Assembly: GCA_033763315.1 (NCBI GenBank)
Contig: JANRKS010000008.1
Span: 32,001-96,000 of the forward strand
Direction of reading: 5' to 3'
Length of the DNA stretch: 64,000 nucleotides
From: Deltaproteobacteria bacterium
GTDB lineage: Bacteria > Myxococcota_A > Polyangia > Fen-1088
Part shown: one piece after another, positions 1 through 9,518 of the stretch
How positions within the stretch are numbered: the stretch's first letter is position 1
Layout of the letters: each line of letters begins with the position of its first letter
Notes under the pieces: model-generated
The model's input: the letters and a program-made list of their open reading frames with translations, nothing else
Database searches by the model: none
Told to the model about the DNA's origin: nothing
Made by a program: the position numbers and the translations under genes

Positions 1-459
1 CACGCCCATGGCTGTGTTCAAAACGGTGGGCCACATCGAACATACGGCGATCGTAAAAAGCGCCGCTGGCTCTGACTTCTCGAAAAGAACCAACCCCAGG
101 GGAAGCCAGGCCAGTGGCGAAACGGGACGCAACAACTGGATCACTGGATCCAGACCACGTGAGAACAGCTTCGAGCGCCCCAGCAAAAAGCCAAGCGGTG
201 TGCCCAAGATCAACGCCAGCGTGTAGCCCTTGGCCACCAGCACCAGCGAATACCACGTGAAACGAAGAATGCCCTGATCCAATTCGCCGCGTTTAGCGAA
301 TGGCTCAACGATGTATGGTTTACTGATTTCCCACGTTTTCGCAGGCGAAGGCAGGTTGTGAGCGAAGGTGGAAGCCACCAACGCCCACAAACCGAGAATC
401 ACGGCGAAGCCGAAGAACGGCAAGATGAGGTACCAAGCTTTTTCTCTAAAACTCTTCAC
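1..459 (-). CDS. nrtB: Nitrate/bicarbonate-type ABC transporter permease (5' part; runs off the window edge)
   Basis: Not in the ORF track; translated by hand from GTG at 459 (AGGAGA RBS at 465-470): MKSFREKAWYLILPFFGFAV...LLRPVSPLAWLPLGL...WPTVLNTAMGV, the NrtB/CmpB signature. Lies directly downstream of the nrtA-like gene. Confidence 0.88.
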   Translation of the reverse strand, partial: MKSFREKAWYLILPFFGFAVILGLWALVASTFAHNLPSPAKTWEISKPYIVEPFAKRGELDQGILRFTWYSLVLVAKGYTLALILGTPLGFLLGRSKLFSRGLDPVIQLLRPVSPLAWLPLGLVLFEKSEPAALFTIAVCSMWPTVLNTAMGV

Positions 460-488
460 GTGAATCTCCTTCGCAAACGTAGCGGGTG

Positions 489-1754
489 TTAAGCCTTCAA
501 GCTGTTAACCTCAAACGAGGCTGCGTAGGCTTCCGGCTTTGCCGGATCAAACGTTTTGCCGTCGAACAGAGTCTCGGGCTTGTTGTCGAGCCCGCCGTGC
601 TTGTAGCCAATCTCCTTCATCGCTTCTTCGTAGATGTCAGGGCGCATCACCTGCTTGGGAATGCTTTGGTAATCCACCTTGCCGGGCAACATGCCCCAGC
701 GCGCGAGCTGCGTGAGCCACCACACCGCATACTTTGGCTGCGGGTAGTTGCAGTTGCGCGAGCTGAAGATCATGTGGTTTGGGTCCTGCTTTTTGCGGCC
801 ATCACCAAAATCATATTTGCCCTGTAGACGCCCGAGGATCAGTTCCTTTGGACAGTTGATGTAGGTTGGGCGCGACACGATCTCGGCTTGTTCTGGGCGG
901 TTCTCCATCTTGTCAAGCCACACGCTGGCCTCGTTGAGCGCTTTGAGCACCGCTTTGACGGTCTTCGGATTCTTGTCCGCGAACTCAGCCGTGAAAGCAC
1001 AGACCTTTTCAGGATGATCCTTCCAAATGTCTTGCGTGTTGATGGCGGTGTAGCCAATGCCGTCGGCGATTGTGCGCGCGTTCCAAGGCTCGCCCACGCA
1101 GAAGCCATCCATCTTGCCCACCTTCATGTTCGCCACCATCTGCGGCGGGGGCACCGTGATCAAGGCAACGTCCTTATCAGGGTTGATGCCGCCGGCGCCC
1201 AGGAAGTACCGCATCCACATTGCGTGCGTGCCCGGAGGAAACGTCATCGCAAAGGTCAGCGGCGAGCCCTTGGCTTTGGCCTCCATCACGAACGGCTTGA
1301 GCGCTTTTGGATCCGCACCCACTTTGCCTTTGAAATCGGCTTTGAGGGTGATCGACTGGCCATTGCGGTTCAGCAGCCAGGGCACGATCATCGGCTTCTT
1401 CGGAGAACCAAGCAGGCCCATCGTTGAGGCGATTGGCATGCCCAACAACATGTGCGTGGCGGCAATGTCCCCATTTGACAAGGAATCGCGGATCGCCGCC
1501 CAGCTCGCGCCTTTTGAAACAACCGAATTGATTCCGTACTTCTTGAACAGCCCCTTCTCGTGCGCGATCACGATGGGCGAACAATCGGTCAGCGCGATCA
1601 TGCCAAACTTCACATCGGTGGTCTCAGGCGCATCCGATGCATAAGCGCCGGGAAGGAACTTTGCCCACGCGGCGCCAGCCAAAGCGGCGGCCCCCGTCTT
1701 CACCAAGGTACGACGCCCCACCCCACCCGACACCGAACTCAATCGTTTCGACAT
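489..1754 (-). CDS. nrtA: CmpA/NrtA-family ABC substrate-binding protein with Tat signal
   Basis: GRRTLVK twin-arginine leader; IALTDCSP, AMTFPPGTH, PPPQMVANM and GFCVGEPWN motifs. The substrate (nitrate, bicarbonate or cyanate) cannot be resolved from sequence. Confidence 0.9.
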   Translation of the reverse strand: MSKRLSSVSGGVGRRTLVKTGAAALAGAAWAKFLPGAYASDAPETTDVKFGMIALTDCSPIVIAHEKGLFKKYGINSVVSKGASWAAIRDSLSNGDIAATHMLLGMPIASTMGLLGSPKKPMIVPWLLNRNGQSITLKADFKGKVGADPKALKPFVMEAKAKGSPLTFAMTFPPGTHAMWMRYFLGAGGINPDKDVALITVPPPQMVANMKVGKMDGFCVGEPWNARTIADGIGYTAINTQDIWKDHPEKVCAFTAEFADKNPKTVKAVLKALNEASVWLDKMENRPEQAEIVSRPTYINCPKELILGRLQGKYDFGDGRKKQDPNHMIFSSRNCNYPQPKYAVWWLTQLARWGMLPGKVDYQSIPKQVMRPDIYEEAMKEIGYKHGGLDNKPETLFDGKTFDPAKPEAYAASFEVNSLKA

Positions 1755-2009
1755 TACTCAGCCTTTCTGTGACAATCACTAAACGCGGACGCGCCGCGCA
1801 CGGTGACGTTCCGAGGCCGATGTGCTCGTCGGTACGACGGCTTTCAGACTAACGGCGTCTGATTTCCGGCGCGTTTCGAGACAGGAAAACGTAAGTAACT
1901 CGGCTTTGAGGCATGATTGAGCCATACAAACGGCAGCCGCGAAGACACACCGAGTGCGTCCTTGCGGCCCCAACCATGGGCTGCCGGCGTTTGGAGGGAG
2001 GTTTGGACG

Positions 2010-2399
2010 CTACATCCAGGCGCCAGCGGCAACAGGCTCGCCTGCGCCGGGCCGCAACCGCATGCGACAGAACATTTCGATCTTGCGCACAGACTCTGGC
2101 GCAACGTTGGCGAACCGAAGGCCTGTGCGACGAAACTTGCCGGCGCGTTGATCGCTGACCACCACGGCCTGGGCGGCAATTTCTTCACCGTAACCGGGCA
2201 GCTCGAACCACAGCATCACCGGCATCCCCATCGCGAGCGGCAGCCCGCCCGGACGCCTCAAGGACATGCCCGCGGGGGCCAAGTCTTCACATTGGCCCAG
2301 GTGCATGTCGGGGCCGACTGCGCTTTTCACAGCAAAGATGGACACAACGCGATCGTTGTTTCGCCTGTCTTGCCGGGTTCGACGCCGTTCCGTGGTCAT
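2010..2399 (-). CDS. PilZ-domain protein
   Basis: RRTRQDRR (RxxxR), then DLAPAG (D/NxSxxG-like) and a terminal TGLRF. Start placed at ATG 2399, which has a TACCCT -10-like box 7 nt upstream. Confidence 0.7.
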   Translation of the reverse strand: MTTERRRTRQDRRNNDRVVSIFAVKSAVGPDMHLGQCEDLAPAGMSLRRPGGLPLAMGMPVMLWFELPGYGEEIAAQAVVVSDQRAGKFRRTGLRFANVAPESVRKIEMFCRMRLRPGAGEPVAAGAWM

Positions 2400-2489
2400 A
2401 CAGGCCAGGGTAAGCGCACCCTGGGGAACCACAAAAAAACCTATCGCAATGCGGACCGTGGGCGACCTAGGAGGGCGCGCGGCCAGGGG

Positions 2490-2666
2490 TCAGGCGGCTT
2501 CGAGCGGCTTGGCTTCTTCCACGATGAAGTTCGGGATGCCTTCGATCACCTGATAGGCAAGCTTGCAAGACTTGCACTGAAACTCACTCTCGTCGGCCTT
2601 GAGGACCAAGGAGCCTTTGCATTTGGGGCAAGCGAGGATATCGATGAGCGCCTTGTTCAAAGCCAT
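2490..2666 (-). CDS. ycaR: Trm112/YcaR-family small protein (58 aa)
   Basis: MALNKALIDILACPKCKGSL...CKSCKLAYQVIEGIPNF. This is the C-terminal part of ORF 2490..3110; the upstream extension overlaps the next gene and is spurious. Confidence 0.9.
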   Translation of the reverse strand: MALNKALIDILACPKCKGSLVLKADESEFQCKSCKLAYQVIEGIPNFIVEEAKPLEAA

Positions 2667-2787
2667 GCGCCACGTATAAATCCGCCGCGACTGTGGTGCA
2701 AGCTTAACGGCCGACAGGCGCGCAAAAAGGCGGGGTGGCGGTGCCAGCAACTCGCCGTTTACGCGGAGCCGTGATAACACAGAGGGT

Positions 2788-4887
2788 ATGCTCAAGCGCG
2801 TGGTTTTTGCCCTGGTTTTGCTGGGTTCGGCGGCGTTGTTCGGTTGGACGGTGCGCCGCTTTGCGCGCATGGTGTTGGCCGGCAAACCCGAGAACCGCTG
2901 GGATCGGCTGCCCGAACGGTTCGGTTCGGTGCTCAAGTATTTCTTCGGCCAGCGAAAGGTCATCGAAGAATCGCGCATTCCGTCCACCCGGGCCAAGCGT
3001 TTCGTCCGCGCCATGGGGTCGAAATACCACTTCTTCATCTTTTGGGGCTTCATCATCATCACGATCGGCACCGTCGAGCTGCTGATCCAGGGGCTATTCC
3101 CCGCGTTCAACCTGACGCAGGTGTTTGGCCAAACGCTGGCCTACTACACGTGGGTGGCGATTGATTGGTCGAACCTCATCGTTTTGGGCCTGATTGCCTT
3201 CTCTGTGTTTCGGCGCGTGGTGCTGCAACCACGGCTGATTCCGATGAGCCGCGACGCCGCCGCCATCTTGGGCGCCATCGCCGTCTTGATGATCACCCAC
3301 TTCTTCATTCACGGCTTCGCTGGTTTGGCCAGCGGCGAACCCGAGGCGGGGTTTCCGTTGTCGGCGAAGTTCGCGTCGGCGTTTGCCGGCTTATCCCCGG
3401 CCGTGGCCAATGTGATTTCCGAGGCCAATTGGTGGATCCACATAGCGGTGGTTCTGGCGTTCGGTAACTACCTGCTTTACTCAAAGCACAGCCACATCAT
3501 GGCGGCGTTGCCGAACATCTTTTTCCGCCGCTTGGACCAGCGAGGCGTGTTGCCCAAGCTGAACATGGAGGCCGAAGAGATCGAGCAGATCGGCATCGTC
3601 AAAGAGTTCAACGACTTCACGTGGCGCTCGCTGCTGGATGGCTACGCTTGCACTGAATGTGCACGCTGCACGAACGAGTGCCCCGCCTACAACACGGGTA
3701 AACCGCTTTCGCCAATGCAAGTCGTGCACGACGTGCGCGATGAGATGAAAAAGAAACTGCCTGGCCGTGGCCCCTTGGACACGCTCATGGAGCGTTTCCA
3801 GCACGGGGACGAAGGCGAGCACAACATCACCCGGGACGTGGAGATGGTGGGCGGGCGCACGACCGAGGACGTGCTTTGGTCGTGCACCACCTGCGGGGCC
3901 TGCCAAGAGGTGTGCCCGGTATTCATCGATCAGCCCGAGAAGATCTTGCAGATGCGGCAAAACCTGGTCTTGCTGCAAGAGAAAGTGCCGCCGGATCTGG
4001 CCCGCACGTTCAAGAACCTGGAGCAAAACGGCAACCCCTGGGGCATCGGCGCGGACAAGCGCATGGATTGGGCTGACGGCCAAGACGTGCCAACGTTGGA
4101 CGACAAGCCCAACGCCGAATACCTGCTGTGGGTGGGCTGCGCTGGCGCCTATGACGATCGCATCAAGAAGCAAACCCTGGCCTTGGTGGACATCTTGAAG
4201 GAAGGCGGCGTTGATTTTGCGGTGCTGGGCCTCGAAGAAGGCTGCACGGGTGATCCCGCGCGGCGCTCAGGCAACGAGATGCTGTACCAAATGCAGGCGC
4301 AGCAGAACGTGGACACGATGAAGGAAAAGAACGTGAAAAAGGTGATCACGGCTTGCCCGCACTGCCTGCACACGATCAAGAACGAATACCCGCAACTGGG
4401 CGGCACGTTTGAGGTGAAGCACCACACGCAGGTGATCCGCGAGTTGGTGGATTCTGGAAAAGTGAACGTCAATAAAGATGCCGACGGCATCAAGCGCGTG
4501 ACGTTTCACGATCCCTGTTACCTCGGCCGATGGAACGGCGAATATGACGCCCCTCGGGACGCTTTGGACAAAGTGGGCTCCAACCGCATCGAACTCGATC
4601 GTTCGAAAGAACACGGCTTTTGCTGCGGGGCCGGCGGTGGGCGCATGTGGATGGAAGAAAACATCGGCACGCGCGTGAACCATAACCGCGTGGATGAGAT
4701 CATCGCGTCGGGTGCCGAGACGGTGGCCACCGCGTGCCCATTCTGCACAATCATGGTGCAAGACGGCGTCAACGACCGCGGCGCCAACGAAAAGGTGCAG
4801 GTGCTTAACGTTTCGGAGATGGTGGCCAAATCGATGGTGCGCAAGCGGCAAATCCAGGCCGAGGCCAAGGCCCCAGACGCCTCATAG
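2788..4887 (+). CDS. fadF: Membrane-anchored Fe-S oxidoreductase, FadF/heterodisulfide-reductase-like
   Basis: N-terminal TM helices; CTECARCTNECP and CTTCGACQEVCP 4Fe-4S motifs; two CCG domains (GCTGDP...ACPHC; HDPCYLGR...CCGAGGG...ACPFC). Confidence 0.85.
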   Translation: MLKRVVFALVLLGSAALFGWTVRRFARMVLAGKPENRWDRLPERFGSVLKYFFGQRKVIEESRIPSTRAKRFVRAMGSKYHFFIFWGFIIITIGTVELLIQGLFPAFNLTQVFGQTLAYYTWVAIDWSNLIVLGLIAFSVFRRVVLQPRLIPMSRDAAAILGAIAVLMITHFFIHGFAGLASGEPEAGFPLSAKFASAFAGLSPAVANVISEANWWIHIAVVLAFGNYLLYSKHSHIMAALPNIFFRRLDQRGVLPKLNMEAEEIEQIGIVKEFNDFTWRSLLDGYACTECARCTNECPAYNTGKPLSPMQVVHDVRDEMKKKLPGRGPLDTLMERFQHGDEGEHNITRDVEMVGGRTTEDVLWSCTTCGACQEVCPVFIDQPEKILQMRQNLVLLQEKVPPDLARTFKNLEQNGNPWGIGADKRMDWADGQDVPTLDDKPNAEYLLWVGCAGAYDDRIKKQTLALVDILKEGGVDFAVLGLEEGCTGDPARRSGNEMLYQMQAQQNVDTMKEKNVKKVITACPHCLHTIKNEYPQLGGTFEVKHHTQVIRELVDSGKVNVNKDADGIKRVTFHDPCYLGRWNGEYDAPRDALDKVGSNRIELDRSKEHGFCCGAGGGRMWMEENIGTRVNHNRVDEIIASGAETVATACPFCTIMVQDGVNDRGANEKVQVLNVSEMVAKSMVRKRQIQAEAKAPDAS

Positions 4888-5053
4888 AACGAACGTCGAC
4901 GAGACGCCCGGATCGCGACATCCAGGTCGGGGGACCGCCCGGATTTTCGGTGTGTAACGGCCCGGATTAGGTAACCGAGCCAGACACACGGGCATTTCGC
5001 GTATCTTTGAACGTGGCCTAGGTCTTGCTGTTACGCCCGCCGCACGTGACGCC

Positions 5054-7072
5054 ATGAAAACTTCCCCCCACAACATCCTTGTCTTTTCACTCGCCGCGGC
5101 TTTGGCCGCTTGCCAGGGTGTTGATCCCACTCCGCAACCCGTGCCCAACCCCACCCCTGTGGTGCACATCTACCGTGCGGAATGGTCGGCGGCGCGCAAC
5201 TGGAATGAAGCTCTGTTGGCGGCGATTCGCCGGGATCTGGCGCGGCCCCCTGTGCATGCGCGCAACCTTTTTCATACCTCGGTGTTGATGTACGACGTGT
5301 GGGCGGTGCTCGATCCGGTGGCTACCCCCTTGTTTTTGGGTCGCAGCCTGCCGCGGGCCAACGGAGGCACCAGCACTTGTGCGCTCACGCCTTCACAGCG
5401 CACGGCTTTGCAACAAGGCTCGATCGATCCCATGACCGAGCGCTCAATCGCGATCGCGTACGGCATGAACAAGCTGTTGCATCATCGGTTTGCCTCCTCG
5501 CCAAATGCGGCAGAATCAGCGGCTCTGTTCGATACGCTGATGACCGATATGAAACTTGATCCCAAGGCGAAGACGGGATCGTTGCAAGCAGGCACCCAGG
5601 CACAAAAGATGGCGGCGTTGGGCAATTACATGGCCGATTGCCTGATCGACCACGGCATGAAGGACGGCGCCAACGAAGCGGGCAACTACGCCAACCAAAC
5701 GTATATTCCAGCCAACGGACCGCTGTTCACTTCAGAAGATGGCACGAGCGGAATCAACGATCCGGATCGCTGGCAGCCGTTGTCACTGCAAAGGGCGATC
5801 GATCAAGCGGGCAACCCCTTGGCCAACGTGCCGTCTTTCGTGTGCGCTGAGTGGGGCGGCGTGGTGCCATTCGCGATGTCGGCGGCACAAAGCAAGCCCA
5901 TGCAGCGCGGGGGATTCACGTGGCCTGTATTCCATGACCCGGGGCCACCCGCGAGGTTGCGCGGGGTTGGTGCTGATCCCGAGGCGTACAAATGGAACCA
6001 CGCGATGGTGTTGCAATGGTCGTCGCATTTGGATCCCAGCGACGGCGTGATGCAGGACATCTCGCCAGCCACGCTGGGCAACTCGGCGGCCCTGCCCACG
6101 GACTTGGCCTCGTATAAGGCGTTCTACAACGTGGCGGGTGGTGTGATGCAAAGCGGGCACACCCTCAATCCAAAAACGGGACAACCGTACGCACCGAACG
6201 TTGTTCCGCGCGGTGATTACACGCGCGTGTTGTCCGAGTTTTGGGCGGATGGCCCAAAGTCCGAAACGCCGCCTGGTCACTGGTTCGTGATGTTCAATCA
6301 CCTGGTCAGCGACCACCCCCAGGTGCAGAAGCGCTACCGCGGCCAAGGGCCGGTGCTGGACGCGCTTGAGTGGGACGTCAAAGCGTACTTCGCTTTGGCG
6401 GGCGCGCTTCACGACGCCGCGATCACGGCGTGGGGCCTCAAGGGCTTTTACGACTCGATACGACCGATCTCTGCGAACCGCTTCATGGCGGCGCAAGGGC
6501 AATCGTCGGATCCGGCGCAACAAAACTATCATCCTGAAGGGTTGCCGTTGATCGCCGGAGCGATTGAGTTGGTGGCGGCAGGCGATCCGCTGGCCGGCCC
6601 TGGTGGTGAGAATGTGGGCAAGGTGAAAGTGAAGGCCTGGAAAGGCACCGTGGGCAACCCGGCCACCGACGTGGCTGGTGTGGGTTGGATCCTGGCGGAA
6701 AAGTGGCTCCCCTACCAACCCGCCACCTTCGTGACCCCACCCTTCGCGGGTTACATCTCAGGCCACTCCACGTATTCGCGCGCGGCCGCCGAAGTGTTGA
6801 CCGCTTTCACCGGTGATGCCTACTTCCCCGGGGGCCTCGGCGAATTCACCGCGAAGAAGGACACCTTCTTGCGATTCGAGCGCGGACCTTCCGTAGATGT
6901 AACGCTGCAATGGGCCACCTACAGGGATGCCTCGGACCAAACCAGCTTGTCGCGCATCTGGGGCGGCATCCATCCCCCCATGGACGACATCCCTGGCAGG
7001 ACAATCGGCACCTTGATCGCACAAGAGGCTTTTACACTCGCGGACAAACTGTTCCGCGGCGAAGCGCTGTAG
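5054..7072 (+). CDS. Vanadium-dependent haloperoxidase/PAP2-superfamily lipoprotein
   Basis: Lipobox ALAAC; three vanadate/phosphate-binding motifs KGFYDSIRP, PPFAGYISGHS and SRIWGGIHPPMD. Confidence 0.8.
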   Translation: MKTSPHNILVFSLAAALAACQGVDPTPQPVPNPTPVVHIYRAEWSAARNWNEALLAAIRRDLARPPVHARNLFHTSVLMYDVWAVLDPVATPLFLGRSLPRANGGTSTCALTPSQRTALQQGSIDPMTERSIAIAYGMNKLLHHRFASSPNAAESAALFDTLMTDMKLDPKAKTGSLQAGTQAQKMAALGNYMADCLIDHGMKDGANEAGNYANQTYIPANGPLFTSEDGTSGINDPDRWQPLSLQRAIDQAGNPLANVPSFVCAEWGGVVPFAMSAAQSKPMQRGGFTWPVFHDPGPPARLRGVGADPEAYKWNHAMVLQWSSHLDPSDGVMQDISPATLGNSAALPTDLASYKAFYNVAGGVMQSGHTLNPKTGQPYAPNVVPRGDYTRVLSEFWADGPKSETPPGHWFVMFNHLVSDHPQVQKRYRGQGPVLDALEWDVKAYFALAGALHDAAITAWGLKGFYDSIRPISANRFMAAQGQSSDPAQQNYHPEGLPLIAGAIELVAAGDPLAGPGGENVGKVKVKAWKGTVGNPATDVAGVGWILAEKWLPYQPATFVTPPFAGYISGHSTYSRAAAEVLTAFTGDAYFPGGLGEFTAKKDTFLRFERGPSVDVTLQWATYRDASDQTSLSRIWGGIHPPMDDIPGRTIGTLIAQEAFTLADKLFRGEAL

Positions 7073-7114
7073 CGAGCGTTCGCCAGGTACGGCCGCGCGC
7101 GCTATTGTGCGGCC

Positions 7115-8755
7115 GTGACCAGCCCGTTATTGCCCTTGGGTGCATGGACGCCCAGCACCGAAACGCCTTGTTTTGCGCCCGCTGAGCTTGTGCCCGCTGT
7201 GGCGCGCTTTCGCGAACCGCTGCACCTGATACGCGACGGCGCGCGTGGGCCTTTAGGGGTGGCGTTCGAGGGCAGTGTGAGTTTGGATGCACCCGTAGGT
7301 GGCGGATCTGGGCGGTACCCGTGGCTCGGCCGCTTGCCCGCCATCTATCCTGAATGGCTTGGCGATCGAGGCTTCTGCGAGACGCACAACCTTCGTTTTG
7401 CCTACATCGCGGGCGAGATGGCGAACGGCATCGCCACACCCGCCCTTGTGATCGCGATGGCACGCGCGGGCATGTTGGGTTTTTTCGGTGCGGGCGGTTT
7501 GCATCCACAACGCGTGGAGCAAGCGCTCAATGAGATCGAGGCGGCGCTCGGCCCCAGCAACGGTCACCCGGCGCCGTCGTGGGGCACCAATCTGATTCAT
7601 TCGCCAGCGGAACCTGCGATCGAAAACGCCGTGGCTGATCTCTACATCAGGCGCGGCGTCCGACGCGTTTGCGTATCGGCGTTCATGAATTTAACGCCAG
7701 CGGTGGCGCGTTTGGCGGCCAGCGGTCTTGTGCAAAACGAACAAGGGCGCGTTGAACGCAAACACCACATCTTCGCGAAGATCTCACGGCCCGAGGTGGC
7801 CACGGCATTCATGTCGCCCGCCCCGCTTTCCATGTTGGAAAGTCTCGTGCGCGCGGGGCAGATCACGCAGAACGAAGCACAATTGGCGCAACAGATCCCC
7901 GTGGCCGCTGAGATCACCGTTGAATCAGATTCCGGCGGGCACACGGACAACAGACCGCTGGGCTCGCTCCTGCCCGTGATCACAGCGCTGCGCGATGAAA
8001 TGATGAAGCGCCACGATTTCAAATACGCCATTCGCGTCGGCGCCGCGGGCGGATTGGGAACACCCGAAGCCGTGGCGGCGGCCTTCGCGATGGGTGCCGC
8101 CTACGTTGTGACTGGTTCTATCAACCAAAGTACCGTCGAAGCGGGCCTGAGCGCCGAGGGTAAGGCTTTGCTGGCACAGGCGGGGTTGGCGGACGTGATC
8201 ATGGCGCCAGCCGCCGATATGTTCGAGCTTGGCGTGAAGGTGCAGGTGCTCAAGCGTGGCTCGCTGTTCGGACCGCGCGCTTTGCGCTTGTATGAAGTGT
8301 TTCGCAGCTACGAGAGCTTAGAAGCCATTCCAGCGGCCGTGCGCGAGAAGCTTGAACGTGAAGTTTTGGGCCTTACCTGCGACGCCATCTGGAACGAAGT
8401 GCAGACATTCTTTGCAGAGAGAGATCCGCAAGAGATCGCGCGCGCGCAAGCCGACGGCAAGCATAAGATGGCGCTGGTCTTCCGGTGGTACCTTGGCCTT
8501 TCGAGCCGATGGGCGATCGCCGGAGAGCCAAGCCGGCGCGCCGACTATCAGATCTGGTGCGGGCCCGCGATGGGCGCGTTCAACGGTTGGGTCAAAGGCA
8601 CGTTTTTGGAGGCACCAGAAAAACGCAACGTCACCCAGCTGGCGTGGAATCTGATGGAGGGCGCGGCCGCCGTCACGCGCGCCCAGCAGTTGCGCAGCGC
8701 AGGCGTTCCCGTTCCCACAGAGGCTTTTCACTTCGCGCCGCGGCAGCTTGGGTGA
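7115..8755 (+). CDS. pfaD: PUFA synthase enoyl reductase (PfaD/Pfa1)
   Basis: GEMANGIA, AKISRPEVA, ESDSGGHTDNRP, MAPAADMFELGVKVQVL and DYQIWCGPAMGAFN, all PfaD/FabK-type motifs. Confidence 0.95.
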   Translation: MTSPLLPLGAWTPSTETPCFAPAELVPAVARFREPLHLIRDGARGPLGVAFEGSVSLDAPVGGGSGRYPWLGRLPAIYPEWLGDRGFCETHNLRFAYIAGEMANGIATPALVIAMARAGMLGFFGAGGLHPQRVEQALNEIEAALGPSNGHPAPSWGTNLIHSPAEPAIENAVADLYIRRGVRRVCVSAFMNLTPAVARLAASGLVQNEQGRVERKHHIFAKISRPEVATAFMSPAPLSMLESLVRAGQITQNEAQLAQQIPVAAEITVESDSGGHTDNRPLGSLLPVITALRDEMMKRHDFKYAIRVGAAGGLGTPEAVAAAFAMGAAYVVTGSINQSTVEAGLSAEGKALLAQAGLADVIMAPAADMFELGVKVQVLKRGSLFGPRALRLYEVFRSYESLEAIPAAVREKLEREVLGLTCDAIWNEVQTFFAERDPQEIARAQADGKHKMALVFRWYLGLSSRWAIAGEPSRRADYQIWCGPAMGAFNGWVKGTFLEAPEKRNVTQLAWNLMEGAAAVTRAQQLRSAGVPVPTEAFHFAPRQLG

Positions 8756-8948
8756 TCTGGCGGCACCCCTGTTAGAACGGGCGCATGGACGCACGGGCTT
8801 TCGCGAATCGAGGGCCGAGCACCGAAGTTTCGCGATCGGCGCGTGGCACCCGCGAAACAGTTGGCCCAAGCGAAGCGGCCACTTAGGCGATCGCAGCGGC
8901 AGCCGTCGCCAGCTTCAGTGATGGATCGATGGTTGCAATACCTGGGGT

Positions 8949-9344
8949 ATGGCCTTTCGATCTATCGAAGTTTCGGGTGACAGTCAGCTGCTTGCCATGC
9001 AGGGCTCCGGGCGGCATCACCGCGACACCGGTCGGGCGCCGAGGGAGACGCGGGTGATCAAGGTCAAAGGAATACTCGATCCCGGCTCTTACGAACTGTT
9101 CGCGCCGTTGCTTCAATGGGTTCCCCAAGGGCCCTTCGAGGTCATCATCGACTGTCATGAGCTTGAGCGCGTGAGCACAGCCGGGATGGGGCTGTTCCTG
9201 CTCGTTGACAACTTTGTACGACGACACTTCGGCAACGTGCGAATTATCGGTTGCAACGAGGATGTGGCACGGGTGCTTCAGACGGCCAGTGACTTCACCA
9301 ACCGCTTTCAGATACCGTTTGAGCGCGCCAAAAGCCCCCTATAA
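8949..9344 (+). CDS. STAS-domain protein (anti-sigma antagonist-like)
   Basis: VIKVKGILD...VIIDCHELERVSTAGMGLFL...VARVLQTA STAS pattern with the conserved Ser. Confidence 0.65.
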   Translation: MAFRSIEVSGDSQLLAMQGSGRHHRDTGRAPRETRVIKVKGILDPGSYELFAPLLQWVPQGPFEVIIDCHELERVSTAGMGLFLLVDNFVRRHFGNVRIIGCNEDVARVLQTASDFTNRFQIPFERAKSPL

Positions 9345-9518
9345 CCAACGTCGCGTGCCGCTGGCGAGCTCGGTGCGGGAACCACATGTGGGCTCACCGG
9401 CAAGGTCGCTTTTGCTGGGAGCGAAACCCTCGCCGATGTAGGATTGGACAATGTGGTCGGGCCGCGTCACCGATGCGACGCTGTGGGAGCCACCCATGAA
9501 CACTTCGGACAGCAGTAG

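Noticed and set aside
1911-1925. Sigma-54-like TGGC...TGC on the minus strand upstream of nrtA
   Set aside because: The GG-to-GC spacing is 9 nt, not the strictly required 10.
2667-3110. N-terminal extension of ORF 2490..3110
   Set aside because: It is antisense to fadF; only the last 58 codons match Trm112/YcaR.
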